Of a DNA stretch of 64,000 nucleotides, positions 16,003 through 32,882 are shown one piece after another (within the stretch, counting starts at the first letter, position 1; each line of letters opens with the position of its first letter). Position numbers and translations under genes: made by a program. Under the pieces are notes generated by a model, which searched no databases, was not told where the DNA came from, and saw only the letters and a program-made list of their open reading frames with translations. The stretch is taken from NCBI GenBank assembly GCA_951406725.2, contig OX597829.1, positions 13,950,001-14,014,000 of the forward strand. Reading direction: 5' to 3'. Source of the stretch: Octopus vulgaris. Taxonomy: Eukaryota.

Positions 16003-16105
16003 CGCAGGTGTAGCTTACTTCCGGGTTCAGTCCCACTGCATGGCCCCGTGGGCAAGTGTTTTCTACTATAGCCTCAGGCTTTGTGAGTGGATTTGGTAGA
16101 CGGAA
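16000..16105 (+). mobile_element. SINE family A head with internal deletions
   Basis: AGGCGCAGG...CCGGGTTCAGTCCCACTGC...GTGAGTGGATTTGGTAGACGGAAACTGAAAGAAGCC. Confidence 0.8.
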
Positions 16106-16306
16106 ACTGAAAGAAGCCCATCGTATATATGTATCTATATATATGGGTATGTATATATATATATATATATATATGAGTTTGTATGTATGTATGTGTGTAC
16201 ATATGAAGTCAAACTATTATTGTTTAACTTTAACTACTTTACATGTAAGTATATATGGCTATATATATATATATATATATATACACAAACATGCAGCTAC
16301 ATTCAG

Positions 16307-16362
<56 letters not shown>

Positions 16363-16514
16363 TCATACATAAATTTATATATAAATACACACAGACACAC
16401 AGACACACACACACACACATACACATACAGAGAGATACAGAGAGGGTTAAAAAACTTTACTTCTATGCGTGTTGAATGATCGACATAAAACAACCAGAAT
16501 TCTTGGTACGAAAT

Positions 16515-16554
<40 letters not shown>

Positions 16555-16729
16555 TATATGTACATATATAGATAAATGTATATCTATATATAAATACATA
16601 TGCATGTATTTATACATATATGTATATATATATTCAAACATATAAATTAATATATATATATATATATTAGAAAAAATAAGGTATTCAGAGCTATACAAAT
16701 ATATAAATATACATATACAAATATTCATT

Positions 16730-16769
<40 letters not shown>

Positions 16770-16784
16770 TAAATATATATATAT

Positions 16785-17005
16785 ATTCTTTTATTCTCTT
16801 ATTATTTTTTGTTTCAGCCATTTTGACATCGGCCATGCTAGAGCAACGTATTCATCGAACAAATCGACCCCACAAATTATTCTTTGTAAGCCTAGTACCT
16901 ATTCTATCTGTGTCTTTCACCGAACCGATAAATTACGGGAATGTAAACGCACCAGCATTGACTGTAAAGCGACGTTGGTGAGGGTGGGGGACAAACACAG
17001 ATACA
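16785..17005 (-). mobile_element. SINE family A, 3' half
   Basis: GGCCATGCTAGAGCA...AAATCGACCCC...TAAGCCTAGTAC...GGGGACAAACACAGA. Confidence 0.75.
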
Positions 17006-17049
17006 CAAACATATACACACAAACATGCACACACACACATGTATATATG

Positions 17050-17112
<63 letters not shown>

Positions 17113-17210
17113 ATACATGTATATATATATATGTGTGTTTGTTTGTGTATATCTATATATATATATATATGTATATGTGTGTGTGTGTGTGTGTGCGTGT
17201 GTGTGCGTGT

Positions 17211-17460
17211 GGAGGTGCGTGGCTTAGTGGTTAGGGTGTCAGCACCATGATCGTAAGATTGTGGTTTCGATTCCTGGACGGGGCGACGCGTTGAGTTCTT
17301 GAGCAAAACACTTCATTTCACGTTGCTCTAGTCCACTCAGCTGGCAAGAATGAGTAAAGCTGCGATGGACTGGGATCCCGTCCAGTTGGGGAACACATAC
17401 GCCATTGAAACCGAGAGACCGGGCCCATGAGTCTAGCTAGGCTTTAAAAGGGCGCATTCA
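17211..17460 (+). mobile_element. tRNA-headed SINE family B
   Basis: Pol III A box TGGCTTAGTGG and B-box-like GTTTCGATTCC, followed by TTCTTGAGCAAAACACTTCATTTCAC. It does not read as a complete tRNA gene. Confidence 0.75.
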
Positions 17461-17524
17461 TTATTTATATATATATATATATTTGTTGTGCAGATTTTTT
17501 ATGTGAAATCGTGTGTTGAAACAG

Positions 17525-17729
17525 ATATTGTTGTATTTCGGAATGGTCATTTTGCCAGTTTAGCCAATAAAGACACACGCACTATATATTTGGTGTGTCA
17601 CGAAAGACCTCTGGCCGAAATAAGATTAAGATTAATGTAAAAAATAAATAACACTGAAGCAGAGTAACACCAAATATATAGTGCGTGTGTCTTTATTGAC
17701 TAAACTAGCAAAATGACCATTCCGAAATG

Positions 17730-17738
<9 letters not shown>
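17525..17738. repeat. 72-bp inverted repeat with 70-nt spacer, within (TA)n; possibly a Penelope-like inverted pseudo-LTR remnant
   Basis: Arms 17525-17596 and 17667-17738 are reverse complements with three mismatches seen. Confidence 0.85.
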
Positions 17739-17768
<30 letters not shown>

Positions 17769-17770
<2 letters not shown>

Positions 17771-17910
17771 GACGGACTTCTTTCAGCTTCCGTCTTCCAA
17801 ATCCACTCACAAGGCTTTGGTCGGCCCGAGGCTATAGTAGATGCTTCGCAGTATGACTGAACCCGGGACCATGTGGTTCGTAAGCAAGTTATTTACCACA
17901 AAGCCACCCT
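17769..17910 (-). mobile_element. SINE family A, 5' half
   Basis: CTTCTTTCAG..TCCGTC..CCAAATCCACTCACAAGGCTTTGGTCGGCCCGAGGCTATAG...GACTGAACCCGG. Confidence 0.8.
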
Positions 17911-18814
17911 ATATACACATATCTTGACATAAATTTATAAATATTTATATATAAGTATATATATATACGTATATATATATATATATATGTAAATATATAT
18001 AGACACATATATACATATATACTTCTATATATATATACATACATATATATATATACATATATATATATATAGTCATCAGGAATTGCTTCGGGTCAATCTA
18101 TCACTTAAACTCCAACACTTAAAGCAGTTTATGTAGTGCTGAGTTAGGAACTCAGCAATATGGGCGATCTTCGGCAAGCACATATAGATATAGAAAAGAC
18201 AGATAAACAAAAATATAGGTGTAAGGTCTGTAATCACATTGAATCTTATGTATAGAAGTAAATGATGCCAACATGTCTTTACAGCTATTTCGGATGAATA
18301 GTGACTGGTGCCATAACATAATGCGATGCAATAATTTTGCATGGAGTTAAGAGACCCGTACGGGTTAAAAAAGCTGTACTCGTCGATGACACTGAGTTAC
18401 CTAAATAATAGTCTTGTCTAACAAGTTTTGCAGTGCATCAGACGGCTCATTCATTGTGTTTTTACGGTAGATTTCTGTGAAATACTTCAAAAACCGGGGT
18501 TTTCTGCCAGTAGCTATACTGTCAGTATAGCTGTCAGTTTTCAAATTGACTTTGCCTTTCTTCCCTTCAGAATCGACAAAATAAGTACCAGTTTATTACT
18601 AGTACTTACTTCATACAAAAGTGTTTACCTTGTGCCAAAATTTTAAACCAATTTTATGTCATATAGAGAATAACTTTCTTGAAAAGACCTTCGTGCAAAA
18701 TTTCCGATCCCTTTATGGAAGAACTGGAGCCTATGTTTGGAATATATAAGCACATACGAGACATTGTAACTTTATACAGACCTAGATGCATGTGTTTACA
18801 CTCAGATACGCGCG

Positions 18815-18852
<38 letters not shown>

Positions 18853-19067
18853 TACACACACATACGTACGTATGTATGTATGTATCCATTTTTTATTTAA
18901 ATAGTGAAATACTTTGACAGATATTAGGCCAAAGTTTTGATTCAGCAGCTTCGACAAACCAGTATGCCAAATCTCCGACATATCTCACTAAAATATTTAA
19001 TGAATTCGCCTACGTTGTAAATATTCAAGGTTGCTTTATGTGTTATATGTGAGTGTGTGCGTTAGTC

Positions 19068-19122
<55 letters not shown>

Positions 19123-19205
19123 ATACATACATACACATATATACACACATACATATATATATACATACATGCATACATGCATACATACATACATACATAC
19201 ATACA

Positions 19206-19239
<34 letters not shown>

Positions 19240-20240
19240 CATACATACATATACCTGTGGGTAATGCATTTGGGAAGTTAAGCAAGATATTATGGTAACG
19301 TCAATCAAGGAAAAGATATTGTATTACCCTACATTATATATTTATTTATCTGTTCTCATTTCGGGTAAAATTTCCCAGTAATAAAAAATTTATTACATGA
19401 TTATTTCTTCTATTTCAAAGGGGAAATCATTCCCGAAATATTCCTTGATCATTAAAGAATGTACGTGAGGTAATAAAATATTTTTTCTTTTTGATTTTTT
19501 ATCTTCAAAAACACCTCATATATTTCTCTTAACATCTCACCTGCGCATATTCACACATTGGCACGAAAAATTCAGTTGCGCTTGATATTTGGTGGCATAA
19601 TATGTAACATTCTTACATATATTACTCCACGGGTGCTGATCCCACTATCTACGCCCGTGCACTGCTTTACATAATGTGCCCTCGCTTTTTCATTTAGGTC
19701 ACTAGATTGTGAATGACAGATTTAGTTCCTATTACAGACTGTGACAATGTAAAAACCATTGTTGAATTCTTCAATTGTTATCTTATTTCTTAATCCGATC
19801 AGAAACGTCTTTGGTTTTCTTGTGAGAGAAATAATATGGAGTAAGAACTGAGCAAGGAGCGCGTATCGTATTTTTATTTTCTGGGTAAATGATAAAGGCA
19901 TGTGTTTCCTAGAAAATGTCTGCCACGTGAAAGCAATAAGACAACAGAGCCAATGATTGACTACTTAACAGACAAAGAGCTGCAGGCTAGAACAGAATAA
20001 AACAATGACAATAACATCGACAACAACAATTCAAAAGCTAAATTAGAAGAAATAGCAATAACAACAACAACAATACCATTAACTTTAAGCTTAATATCAA
20101 TAGTGCATTAGTTATATAGCAATGTATGTGATTATACATATTTGCGTACGTACATATATTATATACATATATACATGCACACATACACATACACACACAC
20201 ACATATATATTTATATACAAATATATATTATATATATATG

Positions 20241-20283
<43 letters not shown>

Positions 20284-20851
20284 CATATACGTATATATAT
20301 ATGTTATAGAAATATACATGTATATATATATATACACATATATATATACATATATATATATATACATACATATATATACATATGAATATATATACATATA
20401 TATATATATGTATATATATGTGTAGATATATGCGTGTATGCATGAGAATATGTGAACGCATGCGTGTAGACTTCTCTTCATTCATTTAAAAATAAAATAT
20501 ATCCTCATACACATATACATATATATGTGGATGTACTTGTGTATATATATGTATTTACGTATATATACATGCAAAGATTTGTGTGTCTGTGTACATATAT
20601 AAGCAAACTCACACACAATCACACGCGTCGAGATGCAATTGGGAAAAAAGTACTCAATACAAATTAGCGAGTTTATTTATTTGCATGAAGTCAATGATTC
20701 ACTGCGCAGAAATATAAAAATATCGATATATTAGTCGCTCTACAACTTATTTGCAGTTTGTTGAGCCTGTGACCAGTATTCAAATTAAATAAAGAAATGG
20801 AACAAATCATCCTCAAACATATCCACATGAAAAGAATATTCAACTTGAAGG

Positions 20852-20887
<36 letters not shown>

Positions 20888-20926
20888 TAGATAGATAGAT
20901 ATATAGATAAATAGATAGATAGATAA

Positions 20927-20959
<33 letters not shown>

Positions 20960-20967
20960 CAGACAGG

Positions 20968-21023
<56 letters not shown>

Positions 21024-21617
21024 CAGATAGATAGATAGATAGATGGATAGATAGATAGATACATAAATAAATACATACCTACACACATACACACACTTAC
21101 ATACATACATATATGCAAACATACACATACGCATACATACGTACAGACAAGCACACATACATGCATACATGCATGCAGGCACACATACATACATACATAC
21201 ATACATTCATACATACATACATACATACATACATACATACATACATACATACATACATACATACATACATACATACATAATGCACTCTCCCGGCGATTCA
21301 TGATATAAATTTGGCCCAGCCACCGAGTGAATTATGAATAATTTTTGAATATATTTACATATATACAAACTTTTGCATGTAATATATAATTGAATAGGCA
21401 TAACGCTACACCATGGTCACAAATATTTTGAATATTTCTTGAAAGAATTATACCAGTTGGCAGAAAATTTATGCACATGAAATATTGCAGTCCTACATCT
21501 TGTACTCAGAAGATGCGAAATATACATACATACATACAGACAGACAGACAGAGAGACAGACAGATAATATATATATATATATTGTCTTTATATATCTGTA
21601 TATATATATATACATAC

Positions 21618-21648
<31 letters not shown>

Positions 21649-22196
21649 TATAGAGGTATACATATAGATAAATATATATAATATGCGTTTATACATATAT
21701 ATATATTCGTCTATATGCATATAGAGATGTATACATAGACACACATGTAACGTATATGTGTGTGTGTGTTTGTGTGTGTTTGTGTGTGCGTATTTGATTT
21801 ATATATATATATATATATATATATCAAATACGCCATCGCCAGATACAAAGTAAAACAATAGATTTTTGTTTAAATTCTCTGCAAAGTATTGCAGATAAAT
21901 CAATAAGAACTGATACAGACTGCGACCGTTATTATCGCCTTCAAATTATCATCACTAACATTAACACCAACATTATCATTACGCACATTATCAACACCAA
22001 CATTACTATTGTTAACACTATCCACTCCGACATTATCATCAACGAAAGTATCGATAACAAAACTAATAAGAATAATACCAACAACAGCAGTGTTGAGGAT
22101 GATACTAAGTTTCTCGTAAACGTTGAACAGGCTCAGCTACTCAAGCCATTGTAACTGAAAATAGTATCATCACGACCACGGTACAAACATCATTGT

Positions 22197-22515
<319 letters not shown>

Positions 22516-22522
22516 CACATAC

Positions 22523-22556
<34 letters not shown>

Positions 22557-22565
22557 ATAGCACGC

Positions 22566-22623
<58 letters not shown>

Positions 22624-22625
<2 letters not shown>

Positions 22626-23171
22626 GCTATGCCAACATTATGGAATAACAACAGAAAAAAGATGGTATAGGCACACACCAGAAAAGGTCACAGAAAACGA
22701 GAAAGTAACCATACTCTGGGATATGCCGATACACACAGATAGAGAAATTAAGGCCAACAGACCAGATATAGTTGTCAGAGATCATGAAGAAAAAAAATGC
22801 TTTCTAATTGATGTATCAATACCGGCAGATGACAACGTGTCTCTAAAAGAAATGGAGAAACTCTCAAAATACAAAGACCTGGAAATAGAGGTAACTAGAA
22901 TGTGGAACCTGAAAACAGAAACAATTCCTATCATAGTAGGTGCATTAGGCATGATAAAAAAATATTCAGACAAATACATAACAAAAACACCAGGACTTAC
23001 AAACACATATAACATACAGAAAATTGCACTACTAGGCACTGCACACATCCTACGCAGAACACTTTCCATACAATAACCATCAGAGCATCACAACAAATCA
23101 CAGTACATACCCAAGGCACACAGAGCTGCGCTCGGTAGTGAAGTGAAAGCACGCTATAAAAATAAAACTAC

Positions 23172-23172
<1 letters not shown>
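22624..23172 (+). mobile_element. 5'-truncated RLE-type non-LTR retrotransposon (R4/Dong-like): restriction-like endonuclease domain plus 3' UTR, inserted in (TAA)n
   Basis: Open frame ...VTILWDMPIHTDREIKANRPDIVV...LIDVSIP...EKLSKYKDL...PIIVGALG (stop at 23076) carries the PD..D..K RLE signature. (TAA)n on both sides fits the known TAA-repeat targeting of Dong elements. Confidence 0.85.
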
Positions 23173-23237
<65 letters not shown>

Positions 23238-23990
23238 TGTTCGGATGCACAAAGTTGAGGTATTTAATTGGAGTTGTATCAATAATTTGCCTAACAAATG
23301 ATCTGATTCAGGACCGTGTGTTGGAGCTCAAGCAATTACAGCATGGAAAGCAAATATTGGTCATTTAAAAAGACCCAACATTTTTAAAATTCTTTTAAAC
23401 ATTTATTACTTGGTGTCCAGATATTCTTTTTACCAACGGTGACACGACAGACGCGGTACCACTGCAACTGTTTAGAGGTAAGGTTGCTGATCGGCACATA
23501 TAGGTTTCGGAGTTTCAGTATTTAGGTTTCAGGGTTCAACTGAATAGTTAAGTCGTTCTGGTTATTGATGCATAGTTTGTAGTTGGTCGTTTAACTGAGT
23601 CTTTGGTTGACTGACTAACTATATGCATCAAGTGGTAACATCCAGAACGATTGACTTGCATGAACGATATAATTATATGTATAGCCCTAAAACCTAGATA
23701 ATGCTTACCAAGAACCTCAAACGAAGCCAATAGAAGATGAACCATGTCAGTGACGAACATACAAACAATAAACGTTTAATATCGGTTAACAGTTTACGTG
23801 AGATTTTGAATGGCTAATATGCATCTTACATGTAATTGCTTCAATAATTATTTCAAATATCTCACAATGATACATGACTCGCAGTGCTAGAGATAGCAGC
23901 CAAATCTCCCTCAAACAGTACACTTCGCTACCTTCAATAAAGTAGAATACTTTGATAAATAGAATGCCTTATAATAACAATAATAATAAC

Positions 23991-24345
<355 letters not shown>

Positions 24346-24378
24346 TTTGTCTGAATAATAATATTATTATTATTAATA

Positions 24379-24431
<53 letters not shown>

Positions 24432-24760
24432 GTTGTTGTTGTTATTATTATTATTATTATGACGATGATGATGATGGATGATGATCATGATCATGATCAT
24501 GATAGACAGATAAATAAATAAATGAATTTTATTTCCGTATTTTTAATTGACTAATTAAATGACACAACGATATGTTTATATATATATGTGTGTGTATGTG
24601 TGTGTGTATGTATGTGTGTGTGTGTGCACCAATGATATATACATATGTGTATATATACATATAAAGTGTTAGAAAGAGTAAATAAAATGACACTTTGTCA
24701 CAATTTCCATATAAATTAATTTTCCTGAAGCAGTTTTCTTCTGTTTTATCTGACGTATAA

Positions 24761-24819
<59 letters not shown>

Positions 24820-25737
24820 CATCTGTGTGTATATAAAGACATACAGAGAGAGATATATATAGGGGGACAGATAGAAGTGTTCATGTCTACTACATTGCGT
24901 ATGTTATTCAATTGTATAATTATGCGACTTGGATTATGCAAAGCTAACACATTAAAACTTTTTCAACCTCTGATGAATTTTACACTTCAAAAAAATCCTT
25001 TCAGTTTTATGGTTAGATAAGAACACGCCCATACAAATTCTCTGACGAATCAATCTTCGATTATTGAATCAGTATTACAAAATATCAACTGAGATGTTTC
25101 CAGATGAGCATTGCGCATTTCAAACCCAGGTGACTCTAGGTTGGATGCTTTACGGCTAGCTACGTTAGGATCAACTCCTGAGAAGCAGCAGCAACTTTCT
25201 TTCAAGATGTTGGTGTTGCTTCTTTTGCAATGTTAAAATAGCGGGTTTTAAAACATAAGGAAGACAGCTATGGCAATGGACGTAAGAAAGAATATATATA
25301 AAAAATTTAACCTGGATATCTCTAACTAAATGTCCACACTTCCCATAGGTCACAAAGCTTTGAAATGTACAGGATGTGCATATATATCATGTAAAACCTG
25401 GTGACGGAATATGCGAGGTACAGTATACACAGTACTCACAAGACCCATAAATGCAAAGCCATCACCGGTTTCAATGAACAAACATAAGCATGTGTGCGTG
25501 AGTGTCATCTACTTATGCACAAATGAACTATTTTATTAATGAAATAGGAAGACAGTAACAAATACGTGTTGTGAAATATAGTGGTTATTCAAACTTCACT
25601 TCCGTGTTTCGAGATTCACATCACTGCAATTTCAGGCGAGGTCATAGTGGTAAGAAATTCGAGTGGCGTGACAAAGAAACTTGGTTAAAAGAATATGTCT
25701 GTGTGCGTCTACGTATGTGTGTACTTATACGCACACG

Positions 25738-25790
<53 letters not shown>

Positions 25791-25794
<4 letters not shown>

Positions 25795-25952
25795 CGGGCT
25801 TCTTTCAGTTTCGGTCAACCAAATCCACTCACAAGGCTTTGGTCAGCCCGAGGCTATAGTAAAAGACACTTACCCAAGGTGCCACGCAGTGCGCAGTGGG
25901 ACTGAATCTTGGACGATGTGATTGGGAAGTAAGCTTCTTACCACACGGCCTG
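25791..25952 (-). mobile_element. SINE family A, 5' half
   Basis: CGACGGGCTTCTTTCAGTTTC...CCAAATCCACTCACAAGG...GGGACTGAA...CTTACCACACGGCC. Confidence 0.8.
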
Positions 25953-26047
25953 CTTATATATATATATATATATGCATACTTGTTGAAAATTTTACCTTAT
26001 TCTTTTTACTGAGCCAGGAATTATTAATCACACTCTCTATGTATATA

Positions 26048-28250
26048 CAGGCATACCTCGATTTAAATCGTTTTCGATTTTACGTCGGTTTTCAAGAATA
26101 ATCTATGGTAAAATAAAAATAAAGTTAAGTCATTTTACTCAACTTTATGTCTGTCCACCATAAATATTGGAATCATAAAATCACTAGAAAACTGTTAAAA
26201 GCACATAAAATCCTGTTACTGTTCAGTAAAGAAGGATTAAAGCATATAAAATCATATTAAAATATGTACAGTAAATGTTAAGATACACACCATAAAGTAG
26301 TGCAGCTTAGTGAACGAAATCATGAGATCAGCTGTATTGTCTTATTTATTGATCTTTCGGAGCTCATATTGCACTGTAGCTACAATATCTACCATTAGAT
26401 GTTGTCATTTGAGATTCCCGCGATTGTTTTGAATTCAGATTTATTTACGTCTGTTTATCGGCTACTTTCTCATACTCATTCCGTTGTGACTTTATTTTTT
26501 AGCTCCATGGCTCCTAAGAAATTTCATAGTGTAAGTGTTAAGCGTCATGCTATAACGCTGGTTCATTAAAGAGCACGGTGAAAGTGCATCAACTGACGAA
26601 CAAGCAGCAGTGGAATTTCCTAATGCATTAAAGAAAATCATCGAAGAAAATGGGCTTCTTCCCGAACAGATTTTTAAAGTACATGAAACTGGATTGTAAT
26701 GTAAAAAAATTGCCAAACCGTTCATTAAAGTTCCAAGGAGGTGAAAACTATTCCAGACTACAAGGTCTTTAAAGAACGTGTGCTCATTCTGTTGGGAGAT
26801 AATTGTGCAGGAGATTTTAAGTTAAAGCCATTGCTTACGTATCAGGCACACAAACCCCGTGTCCTGAAGGACATACTCAAGGCCTCTCTCCCTGTTATAT
26901 GGATGGCTAATTGAAAAACATGGGTTACTGTTGCTGCTTTTGAAGATTGGTTCTTCAATCCTTCTATCCCAGCAGCAGAGAAGTACTATAAGGTGAAGGG
27001 GTCTCTTTTTAAGATTTTATTTATCTTAGATAATGCTTCTGGCCACCCACAAAACATCGTAGATTTTAACCCCAATGCTACCATCGTATACCTCCCTCTG
27101 AACACCACGTCTCTTCTGCAGCCAATGGATAAGGGAATAATTACTATCTTCAAGCGATACTATATGAAGTGCACGCCGCAGCAAACATTATCTGCAACTG
27201 ATCTTGATGAGTTCATCACACTTCCTGACTTTTGGAAGATATACGATACCTACAAGACAGTACAGACCATAGCAGCGGCATGGAAGGATGTACAAAGTAC
27301 GGCTGTGAATGGTGTATGGAAGAAGCTATGCCCGCAATTCGCGAATGATTTTAAGAGATTTGATAATATTGGCATCAACAAAACGTTGGTGACTACAAGC
27401 AAAGAACTGGAAATGGATTTGGAGGAGGAGGATTTCACAGATTTATTTGAAAAAGACAAGCAGCCCCTGACGAACGAAGATTTGTTAGAGCTTAACGAGC
27501 AGCAAAATAAAGAAGAGAAAGTCACGTCACTTTGCCATTAAGAAAATGCAGCAAGTATTTGCTTATATCGAAAAAGGCCTTTCTATGTTTGGGGATCTAG
27601 ATCCAAATTCTCAACGTCTTTCCATGATTATGGGGTCATGTCACGAAGCTTTTGCTCCTTCTAATGTAATCTTTGAGGAAAAGAAGAAGACAGTTGAAGG
27701 AACTCTCAACCAGTTTTTTAAGCGCATCGAACAACAAAAACAGCCAGAGTCAGCTGTTGATGTTGAAGATCCACAGCCATCTACATCCGTGATGTAAACC
27801 ACCAAATTGTATGTACGTATTGGTAAATTTTAAATAATTTCTTTTTTTTTTTTCACTATTGCAAAATACTAATATTTACTGAATTTGTTTTTTATGCTCA
27901 AAAAAGGCTTTTATTTTACCATGTCTTATTGCAAACCACATTCATAAATAAAGCGTCCGCGATGTACGATAAACACCGCCAAATTGCATTCGTAAATTTA
28001 GACTATTTATATTTTACTATATTAAAAAATAAAAATTAAAAAATAAAAATTATTTGTTTGAAAAAATAAAATAGGATTTTATTAACCATGTATTATTGAA
28101 AATGCATTCATAATTAAAGCATAGAATCGGGAATGGTTAATATCGGTTTCGCCTAGAGACAACTAAATTCGGCCTATCCAAGAGACAAATTAATTTGACT
28201 TAAGTCGTGTCTCCTGGAACCAATTACCCACGTAGGGTGAGGTATGCCTG
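26048..28250 (+). mobile_element. Tigger/pogo-family DNA transposon, defective, both ends present
   Basis: TA|CAGGCATACCTC...GAGGTATGCCTG|TA gives a 12-bp perfect TIR core (Tigger1-like terminus) with TA target duplication and an internal DDE transposase remnant. Confidence 0.92.
26507..27797 (+). pseudogene. Tigger-type DDE transposase pseudogene
   Basis: Starts MAPKK; later segments PEQIFKVHETGL, FILDNASGHP, YLPLNTTSLLQPMDKGII and GVWKKLCP. Contains stops and frameshifts; the N-terminal DNA-binding region appears deleted. Confidence 0.85.
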
Positions 28251-29060
28251 TATACATACGCACGTACATACATACATATTTAATATATATACGTATATAA
28301 GTACGTACGTACAGTGGTAATAAAGGTGATGAAAGTTACTGGAATACAAAGGCTAAGAATTGATGACAGATTTTTCTGGTGGTATAAGGAGCTTTTTGAA
28401 GTCCCATCTTTTCAATAAATTTTGGTATTCAAAATTTAAAAAACATTTTCCAAAATCGTAATAAGTTTTTGGACCCAGGTAGACTGTATTTTTGATCCGC
28501 TTCTAGGGGTACACCAAATCTTTAGTGAGGAACTCAATAAATTAAAAGTACAACATCAACTACGTCAACATCAACAACAACGGTAGGAAGAAGAAGAACA
28601 ACAACAACAGCAACATGAAAAGGACAACAATAAGAATTAAGATAATTATCATAATTGTTGTTGAGCATGAGTTAAATATATGAATGCGGCAAGTGGAATG
28701 TACATATGTTAATAGGGTTCAGTTTCCAATTGTGGGTAGTATTCCTTTGAATGATGCTGCTATGCGAGAACATGAATGTGGGAACATCATCACAAGGTAT
28801 GATGCGTTAATCCTAATGGAAAATTTTAAGAAATTAATAAAAATAACTGTCATCATTATCACCATCACCATCATCGCCATTATCTTCATCACATCCCCAC
28901 CACCACCACCACCACCACCACCACCATCGTCGTCGTCATCATCATCACCATCACCATCACCATCATCACGGCGGAATTTATACTCAGAACGTAAAGATGG
29001 ACTAAACAATGTTAAGCATTTTACCCGGCGTGTTAACGTTTCTGCCAGCTCCCTGCCTTC

Positions 29061-29110
<50 letters not shown>

Positions 29111-29149
29111 TATTATTATAATTATAATAATTATAACAGTATTTATTAA

Positions 29150-30140
<991 letters not shown>

Positions 30141-30353
30141 ATAACAACAACAACGACAGCCACAACAACATTAATAAATAAATGCAATAACTTACGTTGC
30201 ATAAAGTGTGTACATCCAAATTATTAAGACCTTACCTAAAAGGTTGGGTTTCAAATATAAATATTTCAATGTATATGTGGGCACGCGTGCGTGTGTGTGT
30301 CTGTGTGCCTAGGCATGTGTCTGCGTGTGTGTGAATGTCTTTGTGAATGTATG

Positions 30354-30423
<70 letters not shown>

Positions 30424-30493
30424 CGCATGTAATTTTTCAATTTGTAGAACAGCTAATTGAGACAAGTATTTTTCCCTCTTTCTCTCTCATACA

Positions 30494-30545
<52 letters not shown>

Positions 30546-31070
30546 TTTTTGCTGCTCATACCTTTCCGTCAAAGAGCGTAGGCTCGAAACATTTTCGTAT
30601 GCGTGAAGGTATACGCGTGTGTCTATATATATATATATATATGTGTGTATGTGTGTATGTGTGTGTGTGTGTGTGTGTGCGTATGTATGTGTCCATATAT
30701 ATATATACATATGTATGCATACGAAAGAATATGCATATATAAGTGTCTGTGCGTGCGTACGTGCGTGCGTACGTGCGTGCGTGCATGCGTGTGTGTATGT
30801 GTGTGGGTCACTATTTCTTGTGTGAACATATAATACAATATACATAAATACATACATACATACATACCACATATATACATATTCATGTGTGAATATATGA
30901 ATTATTGATATTTGAAATAGTACTTAATGCTTCAATGTATCATAAATCTGCAGACACAAAAATAAAAACTGACATTGACACATAAGCATACACATACATA
31001 CACACATATGCATATATACATATTTACATACTGCTCTATAACTCAGAGAGTTTCGCAATTGTTATATCAA

Positions 31071-31154
<84 letters not shown>

Positions 31155-31496
31155 GTATGTATAAATGTATGTATATATCGTCGATAATATAAATACAAAA
31201 TAGTACACTAAGTTATAGAGTAGTATATTCTATAAAATTAATTCCATAAACTGGCTTCATCAAACTTTATATACACACGCAAGCACATAGAAACACATAC
31301 ACACACACAAATTATTGCATAAGTGCATACATGTGAATCCGTGTGTGTATTGGTAAAGAAAGCTTTCCAGTCATATCAGCAATTACCTTCTATTTCTTCG
31401 GCTTCATCCGTTACGCGGTAGCAACATAGAGTATGAACGTAGTTATGTATATATGTGTATCTACTTTTATATGTGTTTATGCACCCTAAAAACATG

Positions 31497-31620
<124 letters not shown>

Positions 31621-31704
31621 GAAATTTATATATAAAAGAAAAGACGAAAACAGGTGTATAAACAATAAGCAGGTGTATTGGTTTGCTGCTCGGGAAAGTG
31701 AGAA

Positions 31705-31746
31705 AGTCTTTTACGTTACGTTTCGAGCCTACGCTCTTCAACAGAT
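31705..31746 (-). ncRNA. Degenerate Penelope-type minimal hammerhead-like motif (related + strand copy at 30561-30592)
   Basis: Minus strand reads CTGTTGAA-GAGC-GTAG-GCTC-GAAACGTA; the core deviates from CUGANGA. Confidence 0.4.
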
Positions 31747-31945
31747 ACGAGCATAGATTTACATATACATACATACCTGCATGCATATACATATAGATAT
31801 ACATATACAAATATATATACACACATACATATGTGTATTTATTTGCATGTATATATATATATATATATATACACAAATAAGTCAAGATATATACATTTAT
31901 ATATGTCACTTACAAACATAGTCAAAGGCATGTATGTGTATATCC

Positions 31946-32023
<78 letters not shown>

Positions 32024-32605
32024 GAATAAAAAATGGAGTTAACGCAGGTGTAATCAACACCTTTACTTGTGAGGTTTTTGCTGCCCTGGTAACTATTTAT
32101 TTATTTTTTCCGTGTTAATTGTTAACAAGGTAAAAATACACTCATCTATTTATATTTATATATATATATGTATATATATATATGAATATATCTATATATA
32201 TATGTATGTATGTGTATGTATGTCTTTGTGTGTGTGTGTGTGTGAGTGTGTGTGGAAGGGTGAAAATGAACACACGAGTTGATATGTATAAGGAAAATAA
32301 GTCAAGGTAGAAATGCTAAAATAGAGAATATTTTACTACCGGTTTCAGTCATTGCGACTGTCTTAGTAAAGTATGAAAAACATATATATACGACGGACCT
32401 CTTTCAGATTCCGTCTACCAAATTCACACGCATAGCATATAGTAAAAGACACTCGCCTAAGGTGCCATGCAGTAGGATTGAACACGGAGTTGGGAAGCAA
32501 GCTCCTTACCTGCTACACCGGCACCTATATATACCTATATATATATATATGTTTATGTGTGTGTGTGTGTGTGTACATACAGACATACATACATACATAC
32601 ATACA

Positions 32606-32639
<34 letters not shown>

Positions 32640-32851
32640 CATGCGTATACACTTCAACATCTTAAATTAAATAAAATATAAAACTGTACACATAACTATA
32701 TTTCGATGCTCATTCGTATATATGCAAGTACATTACTTTATAGAGGGATAGAATCAGGGAGGCAAACAGTCTAACGGACGCATAAATAGATAGATAGATA
32801 GATAGATAGATAGACAAACAGACAGACAGACATACACACACACTCACACAC

Positions 32852-32882
<31 letters not shown>

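Noticed and set aside
17211-17285. Possible tRNA gene
   Set aside because: It has A/B boxes but continues into a SINE body and has a decayed relative at 15647-15905.
18350-18368. ACCCGTACGGGTTAA as a piggyBac terminus
   Set aside because: No matching opposite TIR or transposase was found.
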